DNA of 64,000 nucleotides from Proteromonas lacertae (Eukaryota). Location: the NCBI GenBank assembly GCA_002245135.1, contig NGBS01000014.1, positions 1 through 64,000 on the forward strand, written 5' to 3'. Shown here in pieces: positions 27,801 through 40,654 of this stretch (within the stretch, counting starts at the first letter, position 1; every line of letters begins with the position of its first letter). The position numbers and the translations under genes were made by a program. Below the pieces are notes generated by a model, which saw nothing but the letters and a program-made list of their open reading frames with translations, was not told where the DNA came from and did not search any database.

Positions 27801-30800
27801 AGTAGGAAATATTGAGGATGAAGAAGGAATAAAGGAAAGAAAAAATGAAAGAAAAGTTGTAAAAGATGATGAAAGAGAAAAAGAAGATATCACAGAAGAA
27901 GAATTGAATAATGAATGCAATAATAATAATAATAATAATAATGAAAACAAACCTGAATATGAAGAATATTACAGTGAATCAGATTATTCAGAAGAAGGAA
28001 TTATATTGGATGATATTATCACTAGTGATGAGAATAATCCAGAAATAATGAAATTAAATAACAAACTAAAATCAAAAGAAAAAGAAATTAATCACTTAAG
28101 AGAAGAGAATAATAAATTGAAAGAAAGTAAACAACAAGTTGAACAACAGTTGGAAGAAATAAAGAAAGAATTAGAAGAAAGACAAAAAGATGAAAATGGT
28201 GTAAAAGATGATGAAAGTATTGAAAGTGAAGATGATAATAATGAAGAATTGAAAAAGAAAGAAGAAGAGTTGAATGCAATTAAAACTGCTTTAGAAGAGA
28301 AAGAAAAGTATTTGAAAAAAAAAGAAAATGAGATAAATAGAATAAAAGATGAGATTGTAATGAACATTGAAGGTGAAGATGAATCATTAGAAGAAGAAGA
28401 GGAAGTTAATGATGAAGATCAAATGATATATCATTGTGATATATTGGGAATGTCGAAAATATTGAGAATAAAAAAGAAGAGTGTAGTAAAGAAAGAAAAT
28501 GAAGAAGAAAGTGAATTAAATGGTAATAATAGATTAGAGAATGAAGAAAGTAAGATGAATGAAGATAATTCATATGAGAGTGAATTGAATAAGAATGAGA
28601 ATAATGAAAAGAATGAGAATGAAGTGAAAGAAGAAAATGACTTAGTGAAATCAAAGGGATTATCAAATAATGAAGAATTGAATGAAGAAGTAAAGAATAA
28701 AGATAACAGAATGAGTGAAGAATGTGTAGAAGAGAGTGAATTATTAAAGAATGAAAGATTGTCAAATAGTGAAGTATTAAATGGAGAAGAATTAACATCA
28801 AAAGGAGAATATGCAGAAATCATAAATAATGAGATAATAGGAAGAAAAGTATATAATAATAAATATATATAAATATTAATAGAGTATCTATGAAGAGAAT
28901 GAGTTGAAAAGAAGAGATAGTGAGATATATGATGTGAAAGAATCATTAATTGATGATAATGAAGATGAAAATACTTTACATTCACAACTTATAGTAATTG
29001 AAGTATAATAATAATTATAGTTATTAATATATATATATTTATAGTATAAATATACTGATGAAGAAATCAAAGAAGATTCAAGTGAAATAATTGATGCAAA
29101 GAGTTTGACAGAAGCAGTAATTGTATTAAAAGAGGAGAATGATAAATTGAAAGAAACAAAAGAAAAAACTGAGGAAGAATTGGAGGAAATAAAGAAAGAA
29201 TTAGAAGAAAGGAACAAAGAAATTAATAGTAAAGAAGAAACAGTTGATTTGATCAAAGAAGAATTGAAAAAGAAAGAAGATGAATTGAATGATGTAAAGA
29301 AAACTTTAGATGAGAAAGAAAGAGCTTTGAGAGAGAAAGAAGAAGAAATAAACAGAATAAAAATAGAATTATTATCAGACAGAATGCCAGTTAAACAACA
29401 ATCAAAGATAATCAATATGGAAGTAGTATATATATATCATATTATTATATATTCATTGTAATAGTATAAATATGAAGATAAAGAAGACGTTATACAAGAA
29501 AGTGAAATGGTGTTAGTGAATTTGGTGGAGGATGTGATGACTCTTAAAGAAGAAAATGATAAATTAAAAGAAACAAAAGAGAAAATAGAAGAAGAATTGG
29601 AGGAAATAAAGAAAGAATTAGAAGAAAAGAACAAAGAAATTAATAGTAAAGAAGAAACAGTTGATTTGATCAAAGAAGAATTGAAAAAGAAAGAAGATGA
29701 ATTGAATGATGTAAAGAAAACTTTAGATGAGAAAGAAAAGGCATTAAAAGAAAAAGAAGAAGAAATAAACAGAATAAAAAAGAATTTAGGAAGTAAAGAA
29801 CCACAATATAAATATGAATATTTAGAAGAAGATGAATCTGAATTGAATGAAAATGAAGAAGGTTTAGAGAATAATGAAAATGGTTTAATAGAAGAAGAAG
29901 AAATAGAACAGGAAGATAATTCCATCTTCAAATGTGATATATTAGGAGAATCAAAAATATTGAAAGTAAAAGTGATTGAACCAACAATATCAGAAGAAGA
30001 AGAAGAAGAGAGTACTCTTCGTAAAGGAAAAGGAGAAAAAGGAAATGAAAACTTAAAGAAAGATGATTTAGATGAAAATGAAGAAGATAACATAGAAGAA
30101 GAAGAGAGAGACCAATTGGATGAATTACACACAATAGGGAGAGAAGAAATCGAAGATGATATTAACTCATTAGAAGATAATACTAATTCAAAACCTAAAA
30201 AATTAAAAGCCAAAAAAGTAACTAAAAGTAAAGCAAAGAAATTTACAAAACCGAATGAAAAGATAGAGGAAAAGGAAAAGGAAAAAAATGAAGATAATGA
30301 TGATGAAGAATATATTCCAACAACTCCAAAAGAAGAAGAGATTAGTGATGATGATGATATGATTTATAAATCAGAGATAATAGGTAAATCTAAAGTATAT
30401 TTTTTTTTTTTATATTATATAGCAAATCAAAGTAGTAAAAAAGAAGAAAGATGGTCCAGTAAAGAAGATTATAAAGAAGATAGTAAAGAAAGTAAAGAAA
30501 GGTAGTGATAATAGTGAAGAAACTCCAGAAATAGAAGAAGGAGTTGAAGAAGGAGAAGCAACGAAGAAAGAGAATAATGAAGAAGAGAATAGAGAAGAAA
30601 CAGAAGGAAAAAAATCACCAAAAAAGGTGAAGAAGGTGATAAAAAAAGTGAAGAAAGTTAAGAAAGATGATAATGAAGAAGGAGAAAAAGATGAAAATGA
30701 GAAAAAATCTCCAAAGAAAGTGAAAAGGGTGATAAAGAAAGTGATGAAATCAAAGAAAGATGAGAATAAAGATGAGGAAAAAAAGAGAGATAATGTTGAA

Positions 30801-31798
30801 GAAGAAGAAGAGTTCTTTAAGCCATTAGATAGTAATGAAAATGCTGAATCATTGAATCGCAATGATAATGATGAAACACAACCAGAAACTCCAAAGAAAA
30901 CAAAGAAAATAATAAAGAAAAGGAAAATACCAATATCCAAAAGTGAATATACAACTCCAGAGAATAAACATGCAAAGAGAAGATATGGTTCATTTGTTCA
31001 ACCACTTGTACTCTTTGAAAGTCCAACTACAACTCATAAGAGATTCTCATCTGTATATTTTTACTATTTTATATTATTATTATATAGAAATTTCTATTCC
31101 CACCAGATACTCCAAAGTCAGAAGAAGATGAATTTATCAAATTCTTACATGATATAATACAGAAATATAAAATGGATGAAGATTTTGAAACTGTTGTATC
31201 TGAAACAAGTCTTACTTATTCATATGTATATATATTTACGTTTATTATTTTATTATAATAGTTATCTGTTTCAAAGAATGCAGAAATGTTTATCAATTAT
31301 ACTTTAACACCATCAGATCCAAATTATAAGAAATTATTAGATTTACAAAATAAAATAAGTGATGTGAAAGAAGAAAATGATGTATTGATTTCAAGAATAG
31401 AAAACTTAGAACATAAGAATTATATGACTTCTAATGACATTACCAGAACTGTAAATCTCTGTACTGTTTTAGAAACAATTGATTTATCAACTTTAGAGGT
31501 TAAAAGAGATAAAAAATCATTCAAAGTAATAGATTTTGGTATAGAAAGTAGTTTATTTAAAGGAAAGAATAATTTTGATATTTATGAATATAATCACACT
31601 TGTAATGTTGCAAAAAGTGATAAAGAATTGTTAAATGAAATGGAAGAGACATATAATGAAATTATAAAAGAGAATGATGAATATAGAATAAAATATGAAA
31701 AATTAAAAATGAAACAAAAGGAGATGAAAAATGAGAGAAAGAAGTTGAATGATTATTATGAATCATTTTTAAAAATGTCCCAAAACAAAGCAAATTAG
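21880..31798 (+). CDS. Very large acidic, low-complexity/coiled-coil protein with internal repeats, multi-exon (may be more than one gene)
   Basis: ATG at 21880. Consecutive E/D/N/K-rich + strand ORFs are separated by GT..AG introns; microexons at 22008-22019 and 22051-22074; stop at 31798. Confidence 0.65.
23712..24103 (+). repeat. 392-bp direct repeat, copy 1 (copy 2 at 28392-28783)
   Basis: Sequence lines match at offset 4680; both encode EEEVNDEDQMIYHCDILGMSK...SNSEVLN. Confidence 0.9.
28392..28783 (+). repeat. 392-bp direct repeat, copy 2
   Basis: Matches 23712-24103. Confidence 0.9.
29130..29782 (+). repeat. Tandem duplicated coiled-coil segment (~29130-29362 and ~29550-29782)
   Basis: Near-identical EENDKLKETKEK...KEEEINRIK at offset 420. 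Confidence 0.85.
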
Positions 31799-31921
31799 AC
31801 TTTAATTATTAAATGTTTATATATTTCATGATTAATTTGTATTTTTATAATAGTATGAAAAATAAATCAACATAACAATAACACATCTGAATAAAAGCAA
31901 AATAAAACTAAATTAAAAACA

Positions 31922-34444
31922 TTAATCAGTTCTTCTATAAATATAATAATAATAAATGTATATATAATTATACGCATAAACAACTCCATCTTTATTTTCT
32001 TTTCCTTCTTCACTTCCAGGTGGATTCTTTGCTCTTGGATGGTTTTCCAAATCTACTGGAATTTCTTGATTAGTTGCTCTGAGGTAATTAACCAAATCAT
32101 AATACATAGCTTCATCCTCCTTTGTCACAATTGTAAATGCTGTTCCATGTCTGCCAGCTCTACCAGTTCTACCAATACGATGAGAATATTTATCAATATC
32201 TTGTGGACAATCATAATTAACAACAAAATCAACTCCTTTTATATCCAATCCTCTTCCAGCTACATCTGTAGCAATAAGTATATCATAATCACCATTTTTG
32301 AATTTATCAAGTGCTTCACTTCTTTGGAATTGACTTTTACCACCATGTAATACAACTGTTTTATATCTTGCATCTTTCAGTTTATTAAATACTACATCAG
32401 CTGTATTTTTCATATTTACAAATAGAATAATTGGAGCTTTACATTGTTTTAATATTCTTATTAAAGCATTTGGTTTATCCTTTTCACTTGTCATTTCTAT
32501 TATTTGTTTAATTCTCATATTCATATGACTTTCACTACCACCTATACTGACAATAACTGGACATCTCAAATATTTCTTTGCCAATTTCTCCACTTCAGGA
32601 GCCATTGTTGCTGAAAACATAACAGTTGTTCTATAATTTGATTCTCCATCTTTTGATTCAGCTGCTAATTTGGCTTGTTTTTCATTGATTTCTTCATTTT
32701 CATCTTTCATTTGAGTTCCCATGTATGACATTATACTATTTATCTATTTCATTGTAATATATATAAATATATAATAATATACAGATTCTTCAAAGTTCAT
32801 ATCAATCATCTTATCAGCTTCATCTAATACAATATAATTACATATATTCAAAACAATATTTCTATCTTCAATTAAACTCAAAATTCTACCTGGAGTTCCA
32901 ACCAATATATCACATCCTAAGTTCATATTGAAATTCTGTTCTTCTGCTGATTTACCACCAACAATTGCATACTATATATATAAAATATAAAGGTATTATT
33001 ATATACACATGATATTTTACAGTATTTTGATAATTCTTTTACACTTTCTACAATTTGTTCAGCCAATTCCCTTGTTGGTGCTAATATAACAGCTAATGGT
33101 CCATCTAATGAAGTTTTCTCTCTAAATGAAGGTGAAATATTCATAATATATGATAATAATGGAATAACATAAGCAGCTGTCTTACCAGAACCAGTTTCAG
33201 CAATACCAATTATATCTTTCTTCACTAAACCAATTGGAATTGACTGTCTTTGAATTGGAGTTGGTTCATCATATCCTAACTCATGTATAGCTCTTAATAT
33301 TCTTCTATCTATGTTACTTTCATCCCAATATCTTATTGGATTCTCTGCTCTTCCTCTTTCAATTTCTATATCATAATCTTCACGGAATATTCTCCAATCT
33401 CTTTGTGTCATTTCATTTAAAGATTTCTCTTTCCATGGTTTATCTTCGGTTTCTTCATTCTTCTTTTGATTGGCTATTCTTTCTTCTATTTGTTTTATTT
33501 GATTCTTTGTAGCTTCTATTAATTCTTTATCATCTTTATTAACATTCTCCATTCTTTGTCTCAGTTTGATTAATTGTTGATTATAAGTATTCTTTTGTCT
33601 TTGATATTTTCTATCTTCACCAGCTAAATATCCTTTACCAAAAGCTAAATGAACAGCTGCTTTTTTAGTTATTAAAGGATTTAAATCTTCACTTGTATCA
33701 TCTGATTCATCCCAATCAAATTTGAATACTCTACTGAACTTTTCTGTTGGTCGAATTACCTTCTTTTTCTCTGGTTTTATACCTAAATAATAGTTCTTTA
33801 TTGCCTGCAGTTGCTTATCATCTTTTTCTTTCTTTTTGTGATCTTCTAATTCCTTTTGAATTCTTTCTAATTCTTTCTTTTCTGCATTGAATTTTTTTAT
33901 TACTTTTTCGTTATTTTTTTCTCGCTCTAATCTTTCTTGTTCCCTTCTTTTCTTTTCTTCTTCCTTTAATCTTTCTCTTTCTTGTTTGCTTATATATTTT
34001 ACTTTTACTATTGGTTCATCTAAATCATTTTTCATTTCTTTTTCTTGCGGGACACTTTGTGTCTATTAAAATAAAAAATAATAATATCAATACAGCTGAT
34101 GGCAATGGAGCTAATGCTTTAATCAAAACTGAAGGTAATTTGGTATTCTTTCTCATTCTTTCTTCAGCTTTTCTTTCAGCCTCTCTTGCTTTCTTTGCAA
34201 ATCTTTCTGCTTCCTATGTAATTATTCATACATATATCATATACTAGTCTTTCTTCTTCAGAGGCAAATTGTAGTAAATCAATATCATTTTCATTATTTT
34301 TATCTACCTTTTTTCTTTTCCTATACATATAATAAACATAAAATACTCTTCTCTAATATCATCTTTTTCAATACTATAGAAATAAATACAACACTCATAC
34401 TTTATAGTATCTAATTTTCGTTTTTCCAGTTTTATATCAGACAT
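31922..34444 (-). CDS. PRP28: U5 snRNP DEAD-box helicase Prp28/DDX23, multi-exon
   Basis: FKFDWDESDDTS, MTQRDWRIFREDYDI, AETGSGKT, PTRELA, DEAD, FSAT and HRIGRTGRAG; ATG at 34444 (MSDIKLEKRK). Confidence 0.93.
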
Positions 34445-34538
34445 TTACTTTTTGCTTATGCTAAAATGAAAAAAAAAATAAATAGCTTGAAAAGATTCAA
34501 GCATATATAGTCGTTTCATTTAACATTTTTCATTATAA

Positions 34539-36024
34539 ATGAGTAATGCAAAAAGAAGAAAGATTGATTATGGTAGTTTAGTATAAATTTATTCTTATAT
34601 ATTGTATTTAGCCAGGTAATGTTCCATTAAAAGAACACGATCCTGAATTATGGGGAATAATTGAGAAAGAAAAGAATCGTCAATGGAAATGTTTAGAATT
34701 AATTGCCTCTGAGGTATTTAAAATATAATTTATACTGTATGAATAGAATTTTACTTCTCGCGCAGTGATGGATTGTTTAGGTTCTTGTTTAACGAACAAG
34801 TATTCTGAAGGTTATCCTCATCATCGTTATTATGGTGGTAATGAACATATCGATGAAGTGGAAGAGTTATGCCAAAAGCGTGCTTTAGAAGCTTATCATT
34901 TAGATAGTAATGAATGGGGTGTAAATGTTCAACCGTACAGTGGTAGTCCAGCTAACTTAGCTGTATATACTGGTTTATTACATCCTCATGCTCGAATAAT
35001 GGGTTTAGATTTACCAAGTGGAGGTCATTTAACTCATGGTTATTATAGTTGGAATCCAACGACATTACAGAAGAAGAGTGTAAGTGCAACTTCAATCTTC
35101 TTTGAAAGTTTACCCTACAGTGTAAATGCTGAAACTGGTTTAATAGATTATGATCGTTTAGCTGATTTAGCCAAGACCTTTAAACCTGATTTAATAGTAT
35201 GTGGAGGAAGTGCTTATCCTCGTGAATGGGATTATAAACGATATCGTGAAATAGCTGATGCTAATGGTGCAATCTTGATGATGGATATGGCTCACATTAG
35301 TGGTTTAGTCGCAACAGGAGAAGCTTCAAATCCATTTGAATATTGTGATATAGTAACAACAACAACTCATAAAAGTTTACGAGGTCCACGTGCTGGTATG
35401 ATATTCTATAAGAAAGACAGTCGTGAATTTGAAAAGAAAATAAATGATGCAGTATTCCCTGCTTTACAAGGTGGACCACATGAACATCAAATCGCAGGTA
35501 TAGCTACTCAATTATTAGAAGTAAATACTCCTGAATTTAAAGAATATGTTCATCAAGTTCGTTTAAATGCTGTTGCATTAGGTAATCGTTTAAAATCTCA
35601 TGGATATAAATTAGTGACTGATGGAACTGATAATCATTTATTATTAGTTGATTTACGTCCAAATGGTTTAACTGGAAATAAATTAGAAAAAGTATGTGAT
35701 GAAGTAAATATAACATTGAATAAGAATGCAGTTCATGGTGATCGTAGTGCTTTTACTCCAGGCGGTGTTAGAATAGGAACACCTGCTTTAACAACTCGTG
35801 GTTTAAAAGAAGCTGATTTTGAGAAAGTAGCTGATTTCTTAGATCGTGCAATAAAGATCAGTTTAGATATTCAGAAGCAAGTAGGAAAGAAATTGGTAGA
35901 TTTCTTAGCTGCTTTACCAAAGAATAAAGATATCGAACAGTTGAGACATGATGTGAGTATATTTGCAACAAGTTTCCCAATGCCTGGATTTAATGTAGAT
36001 GAAATGACTGTAAAAGAAATATAA
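34539..36024 (+). CDS. SHMT: Serine hydroxymethyltransferase, copy A (exon 1 [14 protein letters not shown])
   Basis: Exons 34539-34580, 34612-34713 and 34747-36024. [32 protein letters not shown] and the PLP-lysine motif [11 protein letters not shown]. Confidence 0.96.
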
Positions 36025-38612
36025 ATAGAAGTAGTTGATTTGAGTTTGACTTGATAATTTTGTTGTTAAAATTGTGTGTAATGGGTGTAATAAACAAAAT
36101 GAGAATATAAAAGAGTGAAAATGGAGTGCTTGAAATGAAAAATAAAATAAAAATAAAATAAGCCATAAAATAATTCATATAAAAGGATCATATAAAAGAA
36201 AAAAGAAGAATTCAATTTTCATATTTTCTCGGCCTTTTGGCTAAGATCAAGTGTAGTATCTGTTCTTATCAGTGTGAAAACTGATATGCTACCCATGTGG
36301 TAGTATTAATTTCACATTAATATTTGAATGGGGTAATGGAACTGTATAGTTTACTATACACCATTACGAAGGTGTTCTTAGTATTGCACTACTTCTAAGT
36401 AACGCCTACCCTTCGGGGTAAAATTTAACAAAATGAAAAACAATAATTTATTATTTTAATCTATTCTATATTCCAAAACTCTTCTGATAATTCTCTCTTT
36501 TCTTCTTCTGATATTCCATACAATTTTATTATCACTTATATCAATCGCAATCTTTTCATTTCTATAATAGAAATGGTATTAATGATTTAAATATGGAGAT
36601 AATATTTCCATTCCTTCATCTACTATTTCATTTCCATATATTTGAAGTTCTTTGAGATATGGAAAAGAAGATAAATTGTTAATCAGTATTTCAACACTTT
36701 TATATGTTAGTTTATTATCTAAATAATATATAAATATCAAATTATACTACTCAAATCTAATATTTTTATATCTTTCAATTCGTTTGATCTTAATGAAATG
36801 AATGATTTGATAATATCATCATCAATTTCTAAATTTCGAAGATTCAATTTATCATTATAATAACCTTCTTTTATGTATTCAATCAATTCTGGAATATTTT
36901 CATCAATCAGTAATTCTTTGTTGCTTCTGTTAATATTAAATCGGATTTTTGATATAGGGAATTTGGAGAATAAGGCTTTTAATCCTTTTGAATGAATATT
37001 CCTATTTTTTGTAATATCTATTCTCTCAATATTTGGATATTTATATAATTCTTCTGATAATAATATCATTGATTCATCATCTAAATTCATCTTTCTGAGA
37101 TTCAATTCATTTCTTTTGTTAATTAATAAATGTAAATATGGAAATAATAATTTGAAGCCTTTTGTACCAATTGGATTAGCTATTTCATAAAAGTAACATA
37201 GAATAATATATACATGTTAAATCTAAGTATTTCAATTTCATGAATGGAATTGATTTAATAAATGATTCAATGAAATCAGAAGTAAGATTGCAATCAAACA
37301 AGTATAATTCATGTAAATTAGATAATTGAGTAAATAAAGATCCAAATAATGATTGATATTGGATTGGAATATCAACATCTAATAAATAAAAAGGATAAGA
37401 ATTATACAAAAATGAAGTATGGTTGGATTAATTAGTTTCAATATTCTGAATAAATAATTCAAACCTTTTTCACAAAAACAAATACATTGTCCATAAACTA
37501 TAATTGTTTCACTATTTTCATCATATAAAATATTAAATATCTTTTTATCCAAACAAAGTTGATTATATAAGTAAAACTCTTTACATTGGTGATGGATTTG
37601 AAAATTCATCTTGTCTCTTATTGAATAATAATCTTTGTTCAATTTCATCATCAACAATATTGATAGTATTCTTTCATTTGGTTTATTATTGTAGGATTCT
37701 ATTAATCCATCTCGAATGTTTTCCCATTTATCACTCTGAAGGTAATATTTCATTGGATAAACTATTGGAAGTATAACAATTAAATAATCATCTTTATTGA
37801 ATAAAAGTTCTTTTCTTTCATCACATATCATCAAATTATCTTCTTTATCTCTCATTGTTTCACTCATTTTTATCATTTCTTTTTTCAAATCTTTTAAACT
37901 CATTCTATATTCACTTTTCACTTTCAACATTCTTTCCATCATCTCTTTCATCAATTCATCACATTCTACATCTAAACTGTATTTACATCTCATTATATTC
38001 TCTTTTGTTTTGATGATATTATCATCTTCATTAAATGGTAATTTCTTACAAATCATTTCATATAATATACAGCCAATTGACCAAATCACACTTCTCTCAT
38101 CACATTCTAATCCATTCAACTCTTCTGGACTTTTGAAGCAAATATCATACAATCTCATATCTTCTTCTTTTCTCAATTCATTCAAACATAAATCACATAC
38201 CTTTATTTCATCACCATCTTCTTCATATATTATATTACTACTCTTCAAATTACAAACTATTAAATCACATTCATTCAATACCAACAATATATTACACATT
38301 GAACATATTACACTAATAATATCACTATTTGACATGGATTTTGTGTAAACTACCTCTTCTAAATCTCTATCATAGTACTTTCTTTCTATCATCATATAAT
38401 AATTATGTTTATTCATTTGACATACTTTAGAAAAACAGACATAAGCAATACAACAATCTAACAACAATGAGCTGGTCTCATGGAATTCTAATATTGTCTT
38501 TTCTTTTATTCCTACAAGACTAATAATTTTAAGGGTTTTAATATCACTTTGATGTTGAACAACAAAATCTACTTCACTTTCACTCCTTTCTACCTTTTCT
38601 TTAACCTATTCA
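34600..38612 (+). repeat. Left arm of a ~4-kb inverted duplication (palindrome)
   Basis: Reverse complement of 40726-44727; mirrored SHMT, U2 and kinase-LRR ORFs (coordinate sums 79327 outer, 79338 inner). Confidence 0.95.
36221..36420 (+). ncRNA. U2: U2 spliceosomal snRNA, copy A
   Basis: TTCTCGGCCTTTTGGCTAAGATCAAGTGTAGTATCTGTTCTTATCAG (stem I and branch-recognition GTAGTA); stem IV loop TATTGCACTAC. 3' end uncertain (36407 or 36420). Confidence 0.96.
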
Positions 38613-38686
38613 ATATATATTAATCAAAATACTTCAATTACATAGGAAAATACTGATAACAACATGTCACCCAAGAAATAATTCAT
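36579..38686 (-). CDS. Pseudokinase + RI-like leucine-rich-repeat protein, copy A, multi-exon
   Basis: Exon 1 38633-38686 (MNYFLGDMLLSVFSYVIE). Kinase C-lobe VCNLKSSNI, KVCDLCL, FKSPE, IWSIGCILYEM lacks HRD/DFG. LRRs LSNLHELYLFDCNL and LKDIKILDLS. 3' end approximate. Confidence 0.75.
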
Positions 38687-38876
38687 TTTTTGTTTTATTC
38701 CATAATATATCCGTTTCTTAATATCAGTTATGTTTTTAAATGAATGAAATATAAACAATGAAATACTGATACTCTTTATAATTTTAAGCAAAACAATAAT
38801 TAATTTATTAATCCCTAAATAAACAAATCTATTATATTATTCAATAATTATATGTTAAAACACTATACTATTTACA

Positions 38877-40562
38877 TTAACCATATTCATTTACATTTAT
38901 TACTTCATAATCTTCATTATTATATTTAAGATAATATACAGCTACTGAGGCTATTAACAACAATACTGCAATTACATAGATATATATGAAAGATATATTC
39001 ATTTTGCTTTTTGTTTGTGTTGTAAATTCATACTTTTCATTTTCAGCTACTTTCACAAATACATCATAGTTTATATAGTTTGTAGAATGATGATAATATG
39101 GCATTGATGAATCATATATTAATGATTCATTCATATTATAATTCAAATTCTTCATTTGTAAATAAATGTAAAACAAATCTCCTTCAATCAAATTGCTTTT
39201 GTCTTTAACAAGTCCATCAGGATCTGTTATAAAACTATTGATGATTTTAACATTACTAAACTTATCATTATAACCAAAAAAATCAACACTTCTCACATTT
39301 ACATCTTCTTCTTTCTTTACAGATATATAACTATTATTAACATATATATCTCCTTTATTAACATTTACAAACAAATATGCTAATTTTACTTTCTTACAAT
39401 AATGTATTCCATTCAGACTAACATAACAGAATCTATCTTTCATCACATTAAAAGACTCATTAAAATGATATTTAATTTGAATATAATTGGCTATTATATT
39501 TCCTAAATTTGTAGTTGATATTCCACTGATATAGAAACTTCTTTTCATACTTTTCTCTTTTGCTTCAATAAAGTCCATTATTATTTCATCTACATGAATA
39601 TCAAATAAATAATGATTTAATTTCAAGGTTTTAAAATTGGATATTTCATTTATTACTCCACATAAATACATACTATTTGAAGACTTCTTTTTATCTTCAT
39701 ATGATAATTTCTTTCTAATAACAACCATTATATGATTCATTTCTATATTAGTTGTACTTTTATCTATAAAGAAACTGAGTAAAAAACCACTAAAAGAAAA
39801 AAACTTCACATTTTCTATATCTACAACCACATAATCAAAGTTTATATTTGTAGTTGAGTAAATCAATAATCCAATATTTATTAATCTGGCAATTGGCTCT
39901 AATATTATTGTTTTGCCTTTCACAAATACTCCTTTATAATAAGTAGAATTTCTATTTGATAATTCACAACTAATCAAACACCAACTCATTTCAGCATTAT
40001 AATGAATATCTATTTCATTAAATACAACTCCAATATCATTTACTTCACTGTTAATTATTCTATTACTGATTAAACCTTTTAAACCATTACTTCCACTTAA
40101 AACAACTTTTCTATTCATAATTAAATTGAGCTTTCTTATTTTACAGTTCTCTATCATATCTATCAATCCATTTTCTATTTCATTTTCATTTTCACTATCA
40201 ATATTGAAAATTTCTATTGTGATATTATATATTTCACAGTTTGTTAAATTATTCAACAATCTCACTGATTTAGTTTTACCAACATACAAATTCATTTTTG
40301 AATCATATCCATTGCCTTTTATTCTTTTCTTATCTATATCTATTGATTTCCAAATTTCTAAGTCGATTTTTAGATTCTCTTCTAATATTACCACTTCATT
40401 ACCATCAAGTAATTTCAGTAATTTATTATTATCATTTACATTCTCAGATTTCGAGATTGATCTTAGATTAGCTACTTTTTCACAATTCACTGAACAAAGA
40501 CACAATACCTGTAAAATCAATATATAATATATCAAGTTATTCTTTTCAGAAATAGAATTCAT
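38877..40562 (-). CDS. Intronless predicted type I membrane/surface protein of unknown family
   Basis: Second Met of the ORF (MNSISEKNNLIYYILILQVLCLCSVNC) gives a signal-like peptide; C-terminal hydrophobic helix ISFIYIYVIAVLLLIASVAVYYL; short tail with YEVI. Confidence 0.7.
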   Translation of the reverse strand: MNSISEKNNLIYYILILQVLCLCSVNCEKVANLRSISKSENVNDNNKLLKLLDGNEVVILEENLKIDLEIWKSIDIDKKRIKGNGYDSKMNLYVGKTKSVRLLNNLTNCEIYNITIEIFNIDSENENEIENGLIDMIENCKIRKLNLIMNRKVVLSGSNGLKGLISNRIINSEVNDIGVVFNEIDIHYNAEMSWCLISCELSNRNSTYYKGVFVKGKTIILEPIARLINIGLLIYSTTNINFDYVVVDIENVKFFSFSGFLLSFFIDKSTTNIEMNHIMVVIRKKLSYEDKKKSSNSMYLCGVINEISNFKTLKLNHYLFDIHVDEIIMDFIEAKEKSMKRSFYISGISTTNLGNIIANYIQIKYHFNESFNVMKDRFCYVSLNGIHYCKKVKLAYLFVNVNKGDIYVNNSYISVKKEEDVNVRSVDFFGYNDKFSNVKIINSFITDPDGLVKDKSNLIEGDLFYIYLQMKNLNYNMNESLIYDSSMPYYHHSTNYINYDVFVKVAENEKYEFTTQTKSKMNISFIYIYVIAVLLLIASVAVYYLKYNNEDYEVINVNEYG

Positions 40563-40654
40563 GTTTACTATTCTATTTGATGAAATATTAATGATTTTAT
40601 GTTTTGATCGACTGTACAATTATGCACTCGATTGAACTGGATTGTTTTAGATTA

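Noticed and set aside
22590..31026. Many minus-strand F/L/S/H-rich ORFs (also opposite AFG2, the kinases and TRAP1)
   Set aside because: Antisense shadows of GAA/AAT-rich coding strands.
31922..36420. Functional splicing cluster of PRP28 and U2 snRNA
   Set aside because: SHMT lies between them, and adjacency in a compact genome is plausibly chance.
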